Positions 37,001 through 48,935 of a DNA stretch of 64,000 nucleotides are shown here, piece by piece. The position numbers and the translations under genes are program-made. The notes beneath the pieces were generated by a model. That model was not told where the DNA came from. It saw only the letters and a program-made list of their open reading frames with translations, and searched no databases. Each line of letters starts with the position of its first letter. Position 1 is the first letter of the stretch. Origin of the DNA: Deltaproteobacteria bacterium tcs-42 (GTDB lineage: Bacteria; Desulfobacterota; Desulfuromonadia; Desulfuromonadales; Geopsychrobacteraceae); contig LLYT01000001.1 in the NCBI GenBank assembly GCA_002049545.1, forward strand, positions 5,605 through 69,604. The letters run 5' to 3'.

Positions 37001-37299
37001 ACAGCCGTATTGAGGGCAGTCTGGCCGCCTAAGGTTGGCAATAAAGCATCGGGACGTTCTTTTGCAATGATTTGGGTGAGAACTTTGGGGGTCACCGGTT
37101 CAATGTAGGTCCTATCGGCAAAATCGGGATCGGTCATGATGGTTGCCGGATTAGAATTCAGCAGGACAACCTCGTACCCCTCCTCTTTTAAAGCCTTACA
37201 AGCCTGGGTCCCCGAATAATCAAATTCACAGGCCTGACCGATAACAATCGGTCCAGCACCAATAATCAGAATCTTTTTCAAGTCTGTCCTTTTAGCCAT
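34051..37299 (-). CDS. carB: Carbamoyl-phosphate synthase large subunit
   Basis: [17 protein letters not shown]; second [15 protein letters not shown]; 1082 aa. Confidence 0.98.
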   Translation of the reverse strand: MAKRTDLKKILIIGAGPIVIGQACEFDYSGTQACKALKEEGYEVVLLNSNPATIMTDPDFADRTYIEPVTPKVLTQIIAKERPDALLPTLGGQTALNTAVSVAESGVLKKYNVEMIGAKLGPIKKAEDRTLFKQAMEKIGVAVPRSGLAHSFKEAQEVVAEIGFPAIIRPSFTLGGTGGGIAYNREEFERMAVVGIDASPTSEILIEESVIGWKEYELEVMRDLADNVVIICSIENVDAMGVHTGDSITVAPAQTLTDKEYQLLREASLKIIREIGVETGGSNIQFGVNPRNGRMVVIEMNPRVSRSSALASKATGFPIAKIAAKLSVGYRLDEIQNDITRETLASFEPTIDYVVTKVPRFTFEKFPQSDATLTTQMKSVGEAMAIGRTFKESLQKSLRSLEIGSYGFESQIFKNPADYVRQITSRERDDLINKLQVPSWERMWYLADAIRAGFSIDQIYQLSGIDPWFLSNIAQIVEMESVLLSHRDQLNSDSDDFTDLLRDAKQYGFSDRRLAFLWGITEGDVREKRHKLAVLPVYKRVDTCGAEFEAFTPYFYSTYESECEAEPTDKPKIIILGGGPNRIGQGIEFDYCCVHGAFSLASDGFETIMINCNPETVSTDYDTSDRLYFEPLTLEDVLAIVETERPEGVIVQYGGQTPLKLAVALEQAGVPIIGTSPDAIDRAEDRERFQALLNKLNLLQPQNGIASTYDEAEVIAARIGYPVVVRPSYVLGGRAMEIVYDIERLRDYMQYAVDASPEHPVLVDKFLQNAIEVDVDALSDGSEVVIGGIMQHIEEAGIHSGDSACTLPPFSLPDAIIAEIRRQTIALALELKVIGLMNIQFAIKDGAIYLLEVNPRASRTVPFVSKATGRPLAQVAAKVMAGKGLAALGVSGDIVPDYISVKEAVFPFVKFPGVDTLLGPEMKSTGEVMGIDYDFGYAYAKSQLGAGVKLPHSGKIFISVKDADKEMILEPTRKLVAAGFSIVATGGTADFFNQNGITAEKINKVKEGRPHCVDAIKSGDLCLVFNTTMGAQSISDSYSIRRSAIIYEIAYFTTMEGIRAGTDGILAMQRENLDVKPLQEYY

Positions 37300-38431
37300 T
37301 TTGACCCCCCTTTTTGTGCTCTTTCATCAAATCGATAAAACGCTCAAACAGATATTGAGCATCGTGAGGCCCTGGTGAGGATTCAGGGTGATATTGTACA
37401 GAATAGGCTGGAGACGACAGAAGTTGTATCCCTTCAACGGTCTTATCATTCAAATTAATATGGGTCACCTTGATGTTATCATCCAGGCTGTTTTCATCTA
37501 CGGCAAAGCCATGATTCTGCGAGGTTATCTCAACCTGTTGCCGTTTATGATCCAGAACCGGCTGGTTGCCGCCGCGATGACCAAACTTGAGCTTGTAAGT
37601 TCGTCCACCCGATGCAATTGAAAGCAGCTGATGACCGAGACAGATACCAAAAACCGGCACCTTGCCAAGTAAATTGCGAATATTCTCCTGGGCATAATGG
37701 AGTGGTTCCGGATCTCCCGGTCCATTACTCAAAAACACACCGTCTGGATTCATTTCCAGGACATCTTCAGCCGACGTTGTTGCTGGAACCACCTTCACAT
37801 CACAGCCAAGAGTCGCTAGATTCCGTAAAATGTTGCGCTTAATACCAAAATCATAAGCAATAACTCTATAGGGCGATGGTGTCTGACTGCAATCAGCATA
37901 GCCTTGCCCCAGAGACCAGAGCCCTTCGGTTGGCTGATATGGCTCTCGACAGGTGACTTCTTTCACCAGATCACGTCCAACAATAGAAGGGGCTTTGCGT
38001 GCCTTCTCAATTAAACTTTCGGGATCTGTATCGGTTGAAGAAATGATTCCTGTTTGTGCCCCAAAAGTCCGGATGTGGCGCACCAGAGCCCGGGTGTCGA
38101 TTGCTTCGATACTGACAATATTATTATTTTTCAGATAAGCATCGAGACTCACCTCGGAACGAAAATTACTGGGGAAAGGACACGCTTCTTTGACCACAAA
38201 ACCAGACAGAAAAGGTCGACCAGACTCAATATCCTCAGGATTAATCCCGTAATTTCCGATTTGAGGATAAGTCATAGTGACAATTTCACCATGATAAGAG
38301 GGATCGGTCAAAATTTCCTGATAACCTGTCATACTGGTATTAAAAACGACCTCACCTGTGACCTCACCAACTGCACCCAGTGCTTTTCCAATAAAATACT
38401 TGCCATCGGCAAGAGCTAATACTGCTTTCAT
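37292..38431 (-). CDS. carA: Carbamoyl-phosphate synthase small subunit
   Basis: [33 protein letters not shown]. Confidence 0.98.
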   Translation of the reverse strand: MKAVLALADGKYFIGKALGAVGEVTGEVVFNTSMTGYQEILTDPSYHGEIVTMTYPQIGNYGINPEDIESGRPFLSGFVVKEACPFPSNFRSEVSLDAYLKNNNIVSIEAIDTRALVRHIRTFGAQTGIISSTDTDPESLIEKARKAPSIVGRDLVKEVTCREPYQPTEGLWSLGQGYADCSQTPSPYRVIAYDFGIKRNILRNLATLGCDVKVVPATTSAEDVLEMNPDGVFLSNGPGDPEPLHYAQENIRNLLGKVPVFGICLGHQLLSIASGGRTYKLKFGHRGGNQPVLDHKRQQVEITSQNHGFAVDENSLDDNIKVTHINLNDKTVEGIQLLSSPAYSVQYHPESSPGPHDAQYLFERFIDLMKEHKKGGQNG

Positions 38432-38548
38432 TGAGACCTCTTGTGTTATATGTTTAAGCCGTAAGGCTTCAGGCTATACAAAGCTGTGCAGGCTCAGGTT
38501 TAAAACCTGTCAGCCTGAAACCTGCAGACTTGTTTTGCCACTTTTCAG

Positions 38549-39820
38549 TTATCTTTCAAAAACCGTCTTTCCTGCCAGAATTGTCCGAACGGCATAGCCG
38601 CGTAAAGTCTGACCGCTGAAAGCGGTATTTTTACTTTTGGAATGGAGTTCGTCGGCTTTCACAAGCCACTCCTTATTCGGATTAATCAGAGTCATGTCGG
38701 CAACAGCACCAACGGTGAGAGTTCCACGATCAATACCGAGAATGTCTGCCGGCTGACAGGTCACCAGTGCAATCGCCTGCGACAGGTCAAGAACCTTTTC
38801 AGAAACCAGTTTAAGGGTCAACGGTAGCAAGGTTTCAAGTCCAACGACACCATTCAATGCGACCGCAAATTCAACATTCTTCTCATCGATATGGTGTGGT
38901 GCATGATCGGTCGCTATAGCGTCGATAGTTCCGTCAGCCAGACCAGCACGGACCGCATCAACATCGTCTTGCGAACGCAGTGGTGGGTTCATCTTGAAAT
39001 TAGCGTTGTAACCGCGAACCGCCTCATCGGTCAGCATGAAATGGTGCGGAGTCGCTTCACAGGTGATCCGCACGCCGCGCGCTTTGGCATGCCGCACCTG
39101 TGCAATACTCCCCCTGGTGGAGACATGACAAACGTGCAGGTGTGCACCTGTGAGTTCAGCCAGCATAATATCTCTGGCCGTAACGGCATCTTCGGCAACC
39201 CAGGGAATCCCCTTGAGTCCCAGTTCAGTAGCCACCGGACCTTCGTTCATACTACCACCGGCAACCAGACTGAGATCCTCGGCATGGGTAAAGATTGGCA
39301 CGCCGAAGGTATTGGCGTATTCCAGACCACGACGCATCATTTCACCATCGACAACCGGAAGTCCATCATCGGAGAATCCGACGCAACCACCCTCCTTAAG
39401 TTCACCCATTTCAGTCAGTGTGCCACCTTTCATCGCTTTGGTGATCGAACCAATCGGGAAAACGTTGGCACTGCCCTGGGCCTGCGCTTTGTTGATGATA
39501 TATTTTGTAATCGCAAGATTGTCATTGACCGGGCTGGTGTTAGGCATGCAGGCAACCGATGTCACCCCTCCGGCGGCAGCCGCACAGCTGCCACTGATGA
39601 TATCCTCTTTATACTCATATCCCGGATCGCGTAAATGGGTGTGCATATCGACCAGACCGGGGGTAACAATCAACCCCGCAGCATTGATGACATCGGCATC
39701 GCCGGGATCAATATTTGCGGCCAATTCTGCAATTTTTCCGTCAATCACCAGAATGTCGAGTTTTTCGTCTATTTTGTTAGCGGGATCGACAACTCGTCCC
39801 GATTTAATCAATGTTTTCAT
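38549..39820 (-). CDS. pyrC: Dihydroorotase
   Basis: [29 protein letters not shown]; start chosen by RBS spacing. Confidence 0.95.
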   Translation of the reverse strand: MKTLIKSGRVVDPANKIDEKLDILVIDGKIAELAANIDPGDADVINAAGLIVTPGLVDMHTHLRDPGYEYKEDIISGSCAAAAGGVTSVACMPNTSPVNDNLAITKYIINKAQAQGSANVFPIGSITKAMKGGTLTEMGELKEGGCVGFSDDGLPVVDGEMMRRGLEYANTFGVPIFTHAEDLSLVAGGSMNEGPVATELGLKGIPWVAEDAVTARDIMLAELTGAHLHVCHVSTRGSIAQVRHAKARGVRITCEATPHHFMLTDEAVRGYNANFKMNPPLRSQDDVDAVRAGLADGTIDAIATDHAPHHIDEKNVEFAVALNGVVGLETLLPLTLKLVSEKVLDLSQAIALVTCQPADILGIDRGTLTVGAVADMTLINPNKEWLVKADELHSKSKNTAFSGQTLRGYAVRTILAGKTVFER

Positions 39821-39856
39821 TATCATCACCTTTTATTTATAAAATTGTTCAGTCCA

Positions 39857-39957
39857 TTCTCTCTGGAGGAGAAGGTGCCCATCAATGGATGAAGAGCTTT
39901 ACGGGGAAATTCCCTTAACCCGTCGCTTCGCCTCACCGCTTTGCCAAAGGGAGAGGG
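39857..39957. repeat. Degenerate CCCTCACCC/GGGAGAGGG-type palindromic repeat between pyrB and pyrC
   Basis: CCCTTAACCCGTCGCTTCGCCTCACC...GGGAGAGGG, decayed form of a common REP-like family. Confidence 0.35.
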
Positions 39958-39964
39958 AAATACC

Positions 39965-40900
39965 TCATTCACCTTTCAGCTTCTCACCACCCGAAACCAG
40001 GTAGAGCAGTGCCATGCGTACAGCAACACCGTTTTCCACCTGATCGAGAATCACGTTCTGCGATCCATCGGCAATGGCAGTCCCCAGTTCAACACCACGG
40101 TTGATTGGTCCAGGGTGCATCACAATGGCATCTTTCTTTGCCAGTTCCATCTTATTTCCGTTGAGTCCGAAGAAACGTGCATATTCACGCACCGAAGGGA
40201 TCAACGGTGCCCCCTGTCGTTCCCGCTGGATCCGCAGCATCATAACAACGTCGGCATTACGGATGGCATCCTCGAGATTATTGAAAACCTCACAGCCCAT
40301 TTTTTCTATACCCGGCGGCAGCATGGTTCCCGGACCAGCCAGACGAACCCTGGCTCCCAGCTTGTTCAGACAATAGATATTGGAACGAACCACCCGGCTG
40401 TGGGTAATATCACCGACAATCGCCACCGTCAGTCCTGCGATCGACCCCTTGTGTTCGCGGATGGTCAAAGCGTCCAGAAGCGCCTGACTCGGGTGTTCGT
40501 GCATCCCATCTCCGGCATTAATCACCGAACAATCGAGCCGGTCAGCAAGATATTGGCAGGAACCTGAGGCGTTGTGGCGCATAACGATGATATCGGGATG
40601 CATGGCTTGAATATTTTTTGCCGTATCCTCCAGCGTTTCCCCTTTGGCCACCGAAGATCCCGAAGCACTGATATTGACGGTGTCCGCAGAAAGTCGCTTG
40701 CCGGCAATTTCAAAGGAAGTCCGGGTTCGGGTGCTCGCTTCATAAAACAGGTTGATAATGGTTTTACCCCGCAGAGTCGGTACTTTCTTGATTTGCCGGG
40801 TATTGATCTCTTTAAAGCTTTGAGCTGTATCAAGGATGAAATTGATCTCTTCAGCGGTCAAACTTTCTATTCCAAGGATATGCTTCGGATTGAAAGACAT
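39965..40900 (-). CDS. pyrB: Aspartate carbamoyltransferase catalytic subunit
   Basis: [30 protein letters not shown]; GGAGG RBS before ATG 40900. Confidence 0.97.
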   Translation of the reverse strand: MSFNPKHILGIESLTAEEINFILDTAQSFKEINTRQIKKVPTLRGKTIINLFYEASTRTRTSFEIAGKRLSADTVNISASGSSVAKGETLEDTAKNIQAMHPDIIVMRHNASGSCQYLADRLDCSVINAGDGMHEHPSQALLDALTIREHKGSIAGLTVAIVGDITHSRVVRSNIYCLNKLGARVRLAGPGTMLPPGIEKMGCEVFNNLEDAIRNADVVMMLRIQRERQGAPLIPSVREYARFFGLNGNKMELAKKDAIVMHPGPINRGVELGTAIADGSQNVILDQVENGVAVRMALLYLVSGGEKLKGE

Positions 40901-40916
40901 ACTGATAGCCTCCACA

Positions 40917-41453
40917 TCAAGTTCTAAGTAAATGAACAGCCTGAGCAGTATTACGGTCATCAAAATCGACCTCAATCTGTTCATTTCGAGCCGTTGGCAG
41001 GTTGCGGCCGATATAATCGGGACGAATTGGTAATTCTCGGTGGCCCCGATCTATGAGGATAGCCAGCTGGATGAGTTCCGGACGACCGATATCCATGACA
41101 GCTTCCATTGCGGCACGGATAGTGCGCCCGGTAAACAGAACATCATCGACCAGAATAACTTTACGGTCACCGAGTGGAAATGGAATATCGGTGAGGCCAA
41201 CTGCCAGATTGTTCCGTGACGCAAGATCATCCCGATACAGTGTGACATCAATGGTGCCGAACAGGACATCTTGCCCTTCAATCTCAGCAATCTTCTGTTG
41301 CAACTGGGCTGCAAGGTGTGCCCCACCCGTCCTGATTCCAACCAGCACCAGATCCTCAACCCCTTTGTTTTTTTCAAGAATCTCATGCGCTATTCGGGTT
41401 ATTGCCCGATTGACTCCATCAGAGTCGAGTATTTCAATTTCTTCCGCTGCCAT
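40917..41453 (-). CDS. pyrR: Pyrimidine regulatory protein / uracil phosphoribosyltransferase PyrR
   Basis: [29 protein letters not shown]. Confidence 0.96.
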   Translation of the reverse strand: MAAEEIEILDSDGVNRAITRIAHEILEKNKGVEDLVLVGIRTGGAHLAAQLQQKIAEIEGQDVLFGTIDVTLYRDDLASRNNLAVGLTDIPFPLGDRKVILVDDVLFTGRTIRAAMEAVMDIGRPELIQLAILIDRGHRELPIRPDYIGRNLPTARNEQIEVDFDDRNTAQAVHLLRT

Positions 41454-41477
41454 AAAAACCTCCCGGGAAAAAGGCAT

Positions 41478-41516
41478 AAAAAAACACCTGCACAAGTTAT
41501 CTTATGCAGGTGTTTT
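41478..41516 (-). terminator. Attenuator terminator in the pyrR leader
   Basis: AAAACACCTGCA-N12-TGCAGGTGTTTT with U-tract on the minus strand, 25 nt upstream of the pyrR start. Confidence 0.8.
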
Positions 41517-41552
41517 GATTGGTTTTTTAACTGTATCAGTCATTATTGCATT

Positions 41553-41584
41553 CCCTTGCCAATCTCTCGGATTGGTTTAAAGGG
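41553..41584 (-). promoter_or_regulatory. PyrR-binding RNA element
   Basis: Minus strand CCCUUUAAACCAAUCCGAGAGAUUGGCAAGGG matches the PyrR binding loop pattern (CUUUAA...ARUCC.GAGAG...AAGG). Confidence 0.8.
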
Positions 41585-41611
41585 TTAACTTGATGTCAAT
41601 TTCGGCTCACA

Positions 41612-41641
41612 ACACTACCAACGTAGCAACAGAGATGTCAA
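41612..41641 (-). promoter_or_regulatory. Candidate sigma70 promoter for the pyr operon (TTGACA-N18-TAGTGT)
   Basis: Perfect -35 and TAnnnT -10 upstream of the PyrR element. Confidence 0.45.
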
Positions 41642-41655
41642 TCATAGATTTTGTC

Positions 41656-42336
41656 TCAATCTATGGGACGTCCAATCCGGTTAAATCTGATTTTATGCAG
41701 CAAATCGGCCTTGGAATTCCATGACCAGTATTTTATAAAAGCGAGTCCCTTGATTTTTGATTTATGGACATAGCCCCAGAAACGGCTGTCAAATGAGAAA
41801 TCACGATTATCCCCCATCACAAAATAGTTATCATCGGGGACTTTGATCGGACCGACAAAATCGCGCGGACTGGCACCGGACGGAATCATTTCCTGATCTT
41901 TATGCAACTCCTGAGGTATGGAGAACGGTTGGCCGTTAACATAAACCTGCTTGGCTTTCACTTCTATCATGTCACCGGGCAATCCAATCACCCGCTTGAT
42001 AAAATCACGCCGCTTGAAATAAGATTTTCCTTCATCTTCAGGAAACTCAAACACAACCACATCGCCACGCTCAGGATCACGGATCGAAAGATAACGTTCA
42101 TCACTCCCCGGAATTTTAGTTCCATAGATAAACTTGTTAACCAGTAAATGATCGCCAATCAACAGGGTATCAAGCATCGATCCAGAAGGAATTTTAAAGG
42201 CCTGGAAGAGGAAGGTGCGGATGATCAATGCCAGCACAACGGCAACAATCAGTGCCTCCGACCATTCGCGATACCAGGGCTTTTTCGGGCCTACAGCTTT
42301 CTTCTTTTTAAAAATTGCCATAATTGATGCACTCAC
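41656..42336 (-). CDS. lepB: Signal peptidase I
   Basis: IPSGSM catalytic Ser, FIKRVIGLPGD catalytic Lys, GDNRDFSFDSRFWG. Confidence 0.96.
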   Translation of the reverse strand: MSASIMAIFKKKKAVGPKKPWYREWSEALIVAVVLALIIRTFLFQAFKIPSGSMLDTLLIGDHLLVNKFIYGTKIPGSDERYLSIRDPERGDVVVFEFPEDEGKSYFKRRDFIKRVIGLPGDMIEVKAKQVYVNGQPFSIPQELHKDQEMIPSGASPRDFVGPIKVPDDNYFVMGDNRDFSFDSRFWGYVHKSKIKGLAFIKYWSWNSKADLLHKIRFNRIGRPID

Positions 42337-42368
42337 AAAATAACATTGGATGGCGTCGCCATCATAAT

Positions 42369-44168
42369 TCAGTCTTTAACCTTGAGAATTGCCAGAAAAG
42401 CATCCTGGGGCAGTTCAATGCTCCCCACCTGTTTCATCCGTTTTTTTCCAGCTTTCTGTTTTTCCAACAGTTTCCGTTTTCGGGTGATATCACCACCATA
42501 ACATTTGGCAGTCACATCTTTTCTTAACGCTTTGACCGTAGAACGGGCAATAACCTTGTTACCAATAGCAGCCTGGATCGCAACCTCATACTGTTGCCGG
42601 GGGATGAATTCCTTCATCTTTGAGACCAGTTCACGACCTCGAAATTGCGCTTTGTCCTGATGCACAATCAAGGATAAGGCATCAACGATATCACCATTGA
42701 TCAACACATTTAAGCGAACCAGCCTGCTGATTCTGAAATCAAGGTGCTCATAATCAAGGGAAGCGTAACCGCGGGTTATTGATTTGAGGCGATCGAAGAA
42801 ATCGAGGACGATTTCATTGAGCGGCATTTCGTAAACAACCATCACTCGATTCGCAGTCAGGTATTTCAGTTCTCGCTGCGTTCCACGCTTTTCAATACAC
42901 AAGCTCAAGACCGCACCAACAAATTCATTCGGGACATGAATCGAAGCCAGAATAAAGGGCTCCTCGATCTTTTCGATCAACTGAACGTCAGGAAGCATGT
43001 TGGCACTTTCAACTTCCAATAATTCCCCTTTTGTCGTCGTGACGCGATAAACAACTGTCGGAGCTGTGGTAATCAGCTCTACACCAAATTCCCGCTCCAA
43101 ACGCTCCTGGATGATTTCCATATGGAGCAGGCCAAGAAAGCCACAACGGAAACCAAAGCCCAACGCTACCGAATTTTCAGGTTCAAATGAAAAAGCAGCA
43201 TCATTCAGACGCAACTTTTCAATAGCATCGCGCAGATTATCATAATCTGCGGCATCGATCGGGTAGAGGCCGGAGAAGACCATCGGCTTGACTTCCTGAT
43301 AACCAGGAAGTGCCATCTCTGCCGGATTGTGCAAATGGGTGATGGTATCGCCAACCTTTGCATCGTCAACAACTTTTATGCCCGCAATGACAAAACCGAC
43401 TTCACCGGCAGATAACTGGTCCAAACTGACGGGATTAGGGGTAAAAGCTCCAACCTTCTGAACCTCGTAAACCCCGCCGGTCGCCATCAACTTGATTTTA
43501 TCCCCTTTCCTAACGGTGCCATCGAAAATTCGCACCAGGATAATAACGCCCTGATAGGCATCGTACCAGGAGTCAAAAGTCAGAGCTTTCAACGGGGCTT
43601 GGGGATCCCCTTGCGGGGCTGGGATTCTTTCAACCACAGCCTCAAGAATTTCATCGATTCCAATACCTTCTTTAGCACTGGAAAGGATCGCATCACTGGT
43701 ATCGATACCAATGATCTCCTCAACTTCTTCTTTGATTCTTTCGGGCTCGGCACTGGGTAAATCTATTTTGTTGATAACCGGAAAGACTTCCAGATCGAGA
43801 TCAATCGCCAAATAGACATTGGCAAGAGTCTGTGCCTCAACACCCTGAGCAGCATCAACCACCAGCATTGCACCTTCACAGGCCGAAAGAGAGCGACTGA
43901 CTTCATACGAAAAGTCGACATGGCCAGGGGTATCAATCAAATTAAGGATATAATCCTGTCCATCCCTGGCCTTGTAGGGAAGCCGGACCGATTGTGCCTT
44001 GATGGTGATGCCACGCTCTTGCTCCAACTCCATCTTGTCCAGAAACTGATCAGACTTTTCCCGATCAGACAATGCCCCTGTTGTTTCCAGCAAGCGATCA
44101 GCGAGGGTCGATTTACCATGGTCAATGTGGGCAATAATGGAAAAATTACGGATATTTCTCTGCTTCAT
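42369..44168 (-). CDS. lepA: Translation elongation factor 4
   Basis: [38 protein letters not shown]. Confidence 0.98.
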   Translation of the reverse strand: MKQRNIRNFSIIAHIDHGKSTLADRLLETTGALSDREKSDQFLDKMELEQERGITIKAQSVRLPYKARDGQDYILNLIDTPGHVDFSYEVSRSLSACEGAMLVVDAAQGVEAQTLANVYLAIDLDLEVFPVINKIDLPSAEPERIKEEVEEIIGIDTSDAILSSAKEGIGIDEILEAVVERIPAPQGDPQAPLKALTFDSWYDAYQGVIILVRIFDGTVRKGDKIKLMATGGVYEVQKVGAFTPNPVSLDQLSAGEVGFVIAGIKVVDDAKVGDTITHLHNPAEMALPGYQEVKPMVFSGLYPIDAADYDNLRDAIEKLRLNDAAFSFEPENSVALGFGFRCGFLGLLHMEIIQERLEREFGVELITTAPTVVYRVTTTKGELLEVESANMLPDVQLIEKIEEPFILASIHVPNEFVGAVLSLCIEKRGTQRELKYLTANRVMVVYEMPLNEIVLDFFDRLKSITRGYASLDYEHLDFRISRLVRLNVLINGDIVDALSLIVHQDKAQFRGRELVSKMKEFIPRQQYEVAIQAAIGNKVIARSTVKALRKDVTAKCYGGDITRKRKLLEKQKAGKKRMKQVGSIELPQDAFLAILKVKD

Positions 44169-44273
44169 AAATTCTCTACTGCAAATGGTTGAAATAACCT
44201 TTTATATTAGGCTTGGAATTTGGTTGATGTAAAGATAAAAAAGAGACAATGTTTTTGTTGATTGCCATAGAGG

Positions 44274-45188
44274 TTAATTGAGGGATGGTTTTTCAGGCAT
44301 AAATAGTGGCCAGGCCTCCGCAAAAATCATCCCGAAAACAATCAGAGCACCTCCAAACCAACCCAGTACAGTTAATCTATCACCGGCTAACCAGATCGAG
44401 AATAGTGCTGCAAAGACCGGTTCAAGTGTATAGATAAGTGCCGCCCTGGTTGGAGTTGTGCGGTTTTGAAAAGTTGTCATAGCCCAGAAAGCATAGACCG
44501 TAGCAAATAACGAGGTAATGACAAAGGCGAAGATCAACGACCCACTCCAGGTCTGCGGCCAGGAAACCGGCTCAAAAAACAGACTGCCAGTTAAATACAG
44601 CAACGTCGCTGTGGCAATCTGGACAAAGGTGAGAGCCTTACCATCATACCCCTTGGTGAAAACATCCAGTCCAAGGATGTGCAAAGCTATGAATACTGAA
44701 CATATCATTACCAGAAGATCGCCAAAATTGATTATCCAAGGGGTATGCCAGGTTAGTAGTAACAATCCAGGAAGGGCAAAACAGACCCCGATTTTCGACC
44801 CTAAAGCTGCTGGTTTTTTCAACAACGCCCCTGCCATCAAAGGAACCCACACAACCCCGAGACCGGTCAGAAAGCCGGCGTTGGCGGAAGATGTCAGTTC
44901 CAGTCCAAAGGTCTGGAAGATAAAAGCAAGCGCCAGCAGGGCCCCAAGGAGAATGCCCACCGTCCAACCACGTCGATCTAAAGTGGCAAAACCAGTTCGC
45001 CCCGCTAAGAATGCCAGTACGATTGCAGCAATAGCAAATCGCATCCAAAGAAAAGCCATTACCGGCATTTCGGTGATCGCATCTTTAACAATTGGAAAAG
45101 TGGCACCCCAGAACAAGGTGACAGACGCCAGAATCAACTCAGCAGATAATTGCTGCTTGTTTATTTTATGGGTTTTTATCGCAGTCAT
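44274..45188 (-). CDS. EamA/DMT family transporter
   Basis: LFWGATFP, about 10 TM helices, LEPVFAALF. Confidence 0.85.
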   Translation of the reverse strand: MTAIKTHKINKQQLSAELILASVTLFWGATFPIVKDAITEMPVMAFLWMRFAIAAIVLAFLAGRTGFATLDRRGWTVGILLGALLALAFIFQTFGLELTSSANAGFLTGLGVVWVPLMAGALLKKPAALGSKIGVCFALPGLLLLTWHTPWIINFGDLLVMICSVFIALHILGLDVFTKGYDGKALTFVQIATATLLYLTGSLFFEPVSWPQTWSGSLIFAFVITSLFATVYAFWAMTTFQNRTTPTRAALIYTLEPVFAALFSIWLAGDRLTVLGWFGGALIVFGMIFAEAWPLFMPEKPSLN

Positions 45189-45296
45189 GTAAATACAAAC
45201 ATTGTTTGTTAGTCTCTTGTTGCAGGGGAAGAGCTATGGTATAAGCATAATTCTTTGAATACAATGATATTCTGATTGATTTTATGGAGATAGGAC

Positions 45297-45461
45297 ATGG
45301 ACCGTACGGATCGTTCAAAACAAGAACCTGTTGAGGTGATCTGCCCCAAATGTCGCTACATTGAAATCATTTATCTCCCTGTTGACGATTTACCCTGCTG
45401 TCCTTTATGCAACACGCAAATGTCGATATCAGAACTTCTGGACGAAGGGAAGTCTTATTAA
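45297..45461 (+). CDS. 54-aa zinc-ribbon-like small protein (missing from the ORF track)
   Basis: MDRTDRSKQEPVEVICPKCRYIEIIYLPVDDLPCCPLCNTQMSISELLDEGKSY; CxxC...CxxC; GGAG RBS. Confidence 0.7.
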   Translation: MDRTDRSKQEPVEVICPKCRYIEIIYLPVDDLPCCPLCNTQMSISELLDEGKSY

Positions 45462-45527
45462 ATTCAACCTGACCTGCCGATAGGGATCGGCTCGACTTTC
45501 ATCACTATTTAATGAGGAGGAAAAACA

Positions 45528-46331
45528 ATGAAACTGGTAAAACTTGCACTTGCTTGTCTGTTGGCTTTTGGTGTTGTGATTCCAGGTGTTGCCACCGCTG
45601 ACACCCTGGATGATATTCAGGCTCGTGGCGTTCTGAAGGTTGGTATGGAGCCTGGCTACATGCCCTTCGAGATGACCAACCAAAAAGGGGAAATCATTGG
45701 TTTTGACGTCGATATGGCAAAAGGTATTGCCAAAGCTATGGGTGTCAAGCTGGAGCTGGTCAATACTGCCTGGGACGGTATCATCCCCGCCCTGCTCACC
45801 AAAAAGTTTGACATGATCATGAGTGGCATGACGGTCACCCAGGAGAGAAACCTGAAAATCAATTTTGCCGACCCCTACATTGTCATCGGACAAACGATTC
45901 TGATCGGGAAAGAGCACGCTGCTGATGTTAAATCCTACAAGGATCTTGACAAGAAAGGGTACAAGGTTGGTTCCAAGCTTGGCACCACCGGTGAAAAAGC
46001 AACCCATAGGATGATCCCGAACTGTTCTTATATATCATTTGATACCGAGCAAGAAGGAATTACTGACCTGGTAAACGGCAAGATCGATGCGTTTGTTTAT
46101 GACCTCCCCTACATGGAAATTGCATACGCCCAAAAAGGGAAAGGGAAACTTACCTATCTTAACAAGCCATTCACTTATGAGCCTCTGGCCTGGGCAATCC
46201 GTCGCGGCAACCATGACTTCCTCAACTGGCTGAACAACTACATGGCTCAGGTTAGAAGTGATGGGACCTACGACAAAATTTATGCGAAGTGGATCCAGAG
46301 TGACGCTTGGTTGAAACAGATCCAGAAGTAA
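45528..46331 (+). CDS. Polar amino acid ABC transporter substrate-binding protein
   Basis: Signal peptide, PFEMTNQKGEIIGFDVD, WDGIIPAL; GAGGAGG RBS. Confidence 0.93.
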   Translation: MKLVKLALACLLAFGVVIPGVATADTLDDIQARGVLKVGMEPGYMPFEMTNQKGEIIGFDVDMAKGIAKAMGVKLELVNTAWDGIIPALLTKKFDMIMSGMTVTQERNLKINFADPYIVIGQTILIGKEHAADVKSYKDLDKKGYKVGSKLGTTGEKATHRMIPNCSYISFDTEQEGITDLVNGKIDAFVYDLPYMEIAYAQKGKGKLTYLNKPFTYEPLAWAIRRGNHDFLNWLNNYMAQVRSDGTYDKIYAKWIQSDAWLKQIQK

Positions 46332-46344
46332 TTTGATCAAATAT

Positions 46345-46386
46345 ATGGAGGATGCAGTTTATTTATAATTGCATCCTCCATTTTTT
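46345..46386 (+). terminator. Intrinsic terminator
   Basis: ATGGAGGATGCA...TGCATCCTCCAT followed by a T run. Confidence 0.75.
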
Positions 46387-46475
46387 ATCAATCTTGATGG
46401 CGTCGCCATCCCATAAGTTTTTTTGCGAAAGCATCAATCTTTCATTTTAATTTAATTCTAGAAAGACCCAGTCAA

Positions 46476-47435
46476 GTGAATAAAAAAACCAATAACGGAC
46501 TTTGGTGGGCTCTCACAATATTAGTTTTAGCACTGATTGTTTTTGGTCTTTGGGTTGCGACCAAAAGAATCGACTATACCTGGCGCTGGAATCGAGTTCC
46601 ACAATACTTTGTCTATCTCGACAAAGATGTAAAATCGGCAACCTCTAATGGCACCGTGACCCAGCTCGAAAATAATGGTGACCAAACAACTGTAACGGTT
46701 CAGGGTGAGGATGGTGAAGAGAGCACCTATATTATTGATAGCAAAACTGCCAACCTGAAAGTTGACGAATACCTTTTAGAGGATGATACAGTTGGATCTA
46801 TTGGAGAGTGGAAAGCAGGCCCGCTAAGTGTTGGTCTCTGGGTCACTCTCTGGATATCGGCTATTGCCAGCGTCATTGGCCTGGTTATTGGTGTCATAAC
46901 CGGTTTGTGCCGGGTATCTCAAAATCTGACCCTGCGCCAACTCTCCATCACCTACATAGAAATAATTCGCGGCACACCGCTGCTGGTTCAGCTTTTTATC
47001 TTTTATTTTTTCCTGGGTACCGTTCTCGATATCGGGAGAATCCCTTCTGGAATTGGTGCACTGGCCGTTTTTGCCGGAGCTTATGTCGCTGAGATTATTC
47101 GTGCCGGAATTCAGTCAATCCCCAAAGGGCAGATGGAAGCATCGCGCTCACTGGGTATGAATGTCCCCCAGGCGATGACGTATATTATCCTGCCGCAGGC
47201 GTTTAAACGAACCCTGCCGCCACTGGCTGGCCAGTTTATCAGCCTGATTAAAGATTCATCGCTGGTTTCAGTCATTGCCATCACTGACCTGACTAAAAGT
47301 GGTCGTGAAGTTATCACTTCAACCTTTGCGGTCTTTGAAATCTGGTTTGTTGTGGCATTTCTCTATCTGATATTAACATTCAGCTTATCGCAAGTGGTTG
47401 CCTGGGTTGAGCGGAGGCTAGCAGTCAGTGATTAA
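46476..47435 (+). CDS. Polar amino acid ABC transporter permease
   Basis: [34 protein letters not shown]. Confidence 0.93.
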   Translation: MNKKTNNGLWWALTILVLALIVFGLWVATKRIDYTWRWNRVPQYFVYLDKDVKSATSNGTVTQLENNGDQTTVTVQGEDGEESTYIIDSKTANLKVDEYLLEDDTVGSIGEWKAGPLSVGLWVTLWISAIASVIGLVIGVITGLCRVSQNLTLRQLSITYIEIIRGTPLLVQLFIFYFFLGTVLDIGRIPSGIGALAVFAGAYVAEIIRAGIQSIPKGQMEASRSLGMNVPQAMTYIILPQAFKRTLPPLAGQFISLIKDSSLVSVIAITDLTKSGREVITSTFAVFEIWFVVAFLYLILTFSLSQVVAWVERRLAVSD

Positions 47436-48162
47436 AACAGTTGGTTTAGAAAAAGTATTTGTTGTTCGTGATCAAGAAGTGCGTGCCGTCGATGGCATCT
47501 CCTCCCACATCAAGTCTGGCGAAGTTGTCGTTGTTATTGGCCCTTCTGGTTCAGGGAAATCGACATACCTGCGTTGTTTGAATGGTCTCGAAACCTTAAC
47601 CGGTGGCCATGTTCATATTGATGGAATCGATCTCGCTGATCGAAAAACCGACATGAATAAAGTGCGTCGTGAAGTGGGGATGGTGTTTCAACAATTCAAC
47701 TTGTTCCCCCACAAAACAGTTCTTGAAAATCTGGTTCTGGCACAAATGAAGGTCCGGAAACGGAAGCGCTCTGAGGCCGAAAAAACTGGTCGTGCCCTGC
47801 TCAAAAAAGTTGGTATTTCGGAAAAAGAAGCGAACTACCCAAGTCAACTCTCCGGTGGTCAACAACAACGTGTCGCTATTGCCCGCGCATTGGCGATGGA
47901 ACCGAAAGTGATGCTGTTTGACGAACCAACCAGTGCCCTCGATCCGGAAATGGTTGGTGAGGTCCTTGAAGTCATGAAACAGCTTGCCCGTGAAGGGATG
48001 ACTATGGTCGTTGTCACCCACGAGATGGGTTTCGCCCGCGAAGTTGCCGACCGTGTACTGTTTATGGATTACGGCAAGCTGGTCGAAGAAGGGACTCCTG
48101 AGCATTTCTTTACCGATCCGCAGGAAGAGCGGGCCAAGTTATTCCTCAGGCAGGTTTTGTAG
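47428..48162 (+). CDS. Polar amino acid ABC transporter ATP-binding protein
   Basis: [35 protein letters not shown]. Confidence 0.95.
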   Translation: MIKTVGLEKVFVVRDQEVRAVDGISSHIKSGEVVVVIGPSGSGKSTYLRCLNGLETLTGGHVHIDGIDLADRKTDMNKVRREVGMVFQQFNLFPHKTVLENLVLAQMKVRKRKRSEAEKTGRALLKKVGISEKEANYPSQLSGGQQQRVAIARALAMEPKVMLFDEPTSALDPEMVGEVLEVMKQLAREGMTMVVVTHEMGFAREVADRVLFMDYGKLVEEGTPEHFFTDPQEERAKLFLRQVL

Positions 48163-48182
48163 TTTTTGACAAGGAACGTTTC

Positions 48183-48208
48183 AGGGCGCCTTTCGGGCGC
48201 CCTTTTTT
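48183..48208 (+). terminator. Intrinsic terminator
   Basis: AGGGCGCC-TTTCG-GGCGCCCT followed by T run. Confidence 0.85.
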
Positions 48209-48218
48209 GTGGTAAACC

Positions 48219-48935
48219 ATGGATCAGCGCGACACATCAAACCCTTCCCTGCGGTCTGACATTCTACGTCAAGGAGCCGCCGCCGCCTGGCCAATCTGTC
48301 TTGGGTATTTCCCCATTGGTTTGGCTCTTGGTGTCTTAGCCCGACAAGCAGGCTTGCACTGGTGGGCGGTGGCACTGATGTCAATTATGGTCTTTGCCGG
48401 GAGTGCTCAATTTATCTGTGTTGCCATGCTCGCGGCAGGTGCATCGGTTCCATCAATTATTTTCACGACTCTGGTCGTAAACCTGCGCCACACCCTGATG
48501 AGTTCAGCCCTGGCGGTCTACCTGGCCGGCGTTAATCAAAAATTTCTGGCTGTTTTTTCTTACGGTATCACCGATGAAAGCTTTGCCGTCAACATGACCC
48601 AATTCAAAAAGGGGCATTGGGATCGATGGCGGGCACTGGTGGTTAACCATCTGGCAAATTCGGTCTGGATTCTGGCTACGGTGGCCGGAACGCTGGTCGG
48701 GCAATTTGTTCCTCAAGGCGCTTTTGGTATCGATTACGCACTGACCGGAATGTTTATCTGCTTATTGGTTTTTCAGCTACAGGGGCGGATATATCTTCTG
48801 ACCGGTCTTCTTGCCGCAGTGTTTTCGGTGGTATGGTATCTGTTGATTCCGGGAGATTCCTACATTGTCGGTGCTTCGGTTTGTGCGGCAACTCTCGGCT
48901 ATCTACTGAAACGACGCTATCGGAGGAAAAAATGA
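48219..48935 (+). CDS. azlC: AzlC family branched-chain amino acid exporter
   Basis: FAGSAQF, VNLRHTLMS, ITDESFAV. Confidence 0.9.
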   Translation: MDQRDTSNPSLRSDILRQGAAAAWPICLGYFPIGLALGVLARQAGLHWWAVALMSIMVFAGSAQFICVAMLAAGASVPSIIFTTLVVNLRHTLMSSALAVYLAGVNQKFLAVFSYGITDESFAVNMTQFKKGHWDRWRALVVNHLANSVWILATVAGTLVGQFVPQGAFGIDYALTGMFICLLVFQLQGRIYLLTGLLAAVFSVVWYLLIPGDSYIVGASVCAATLGYLLKRRYRRKK

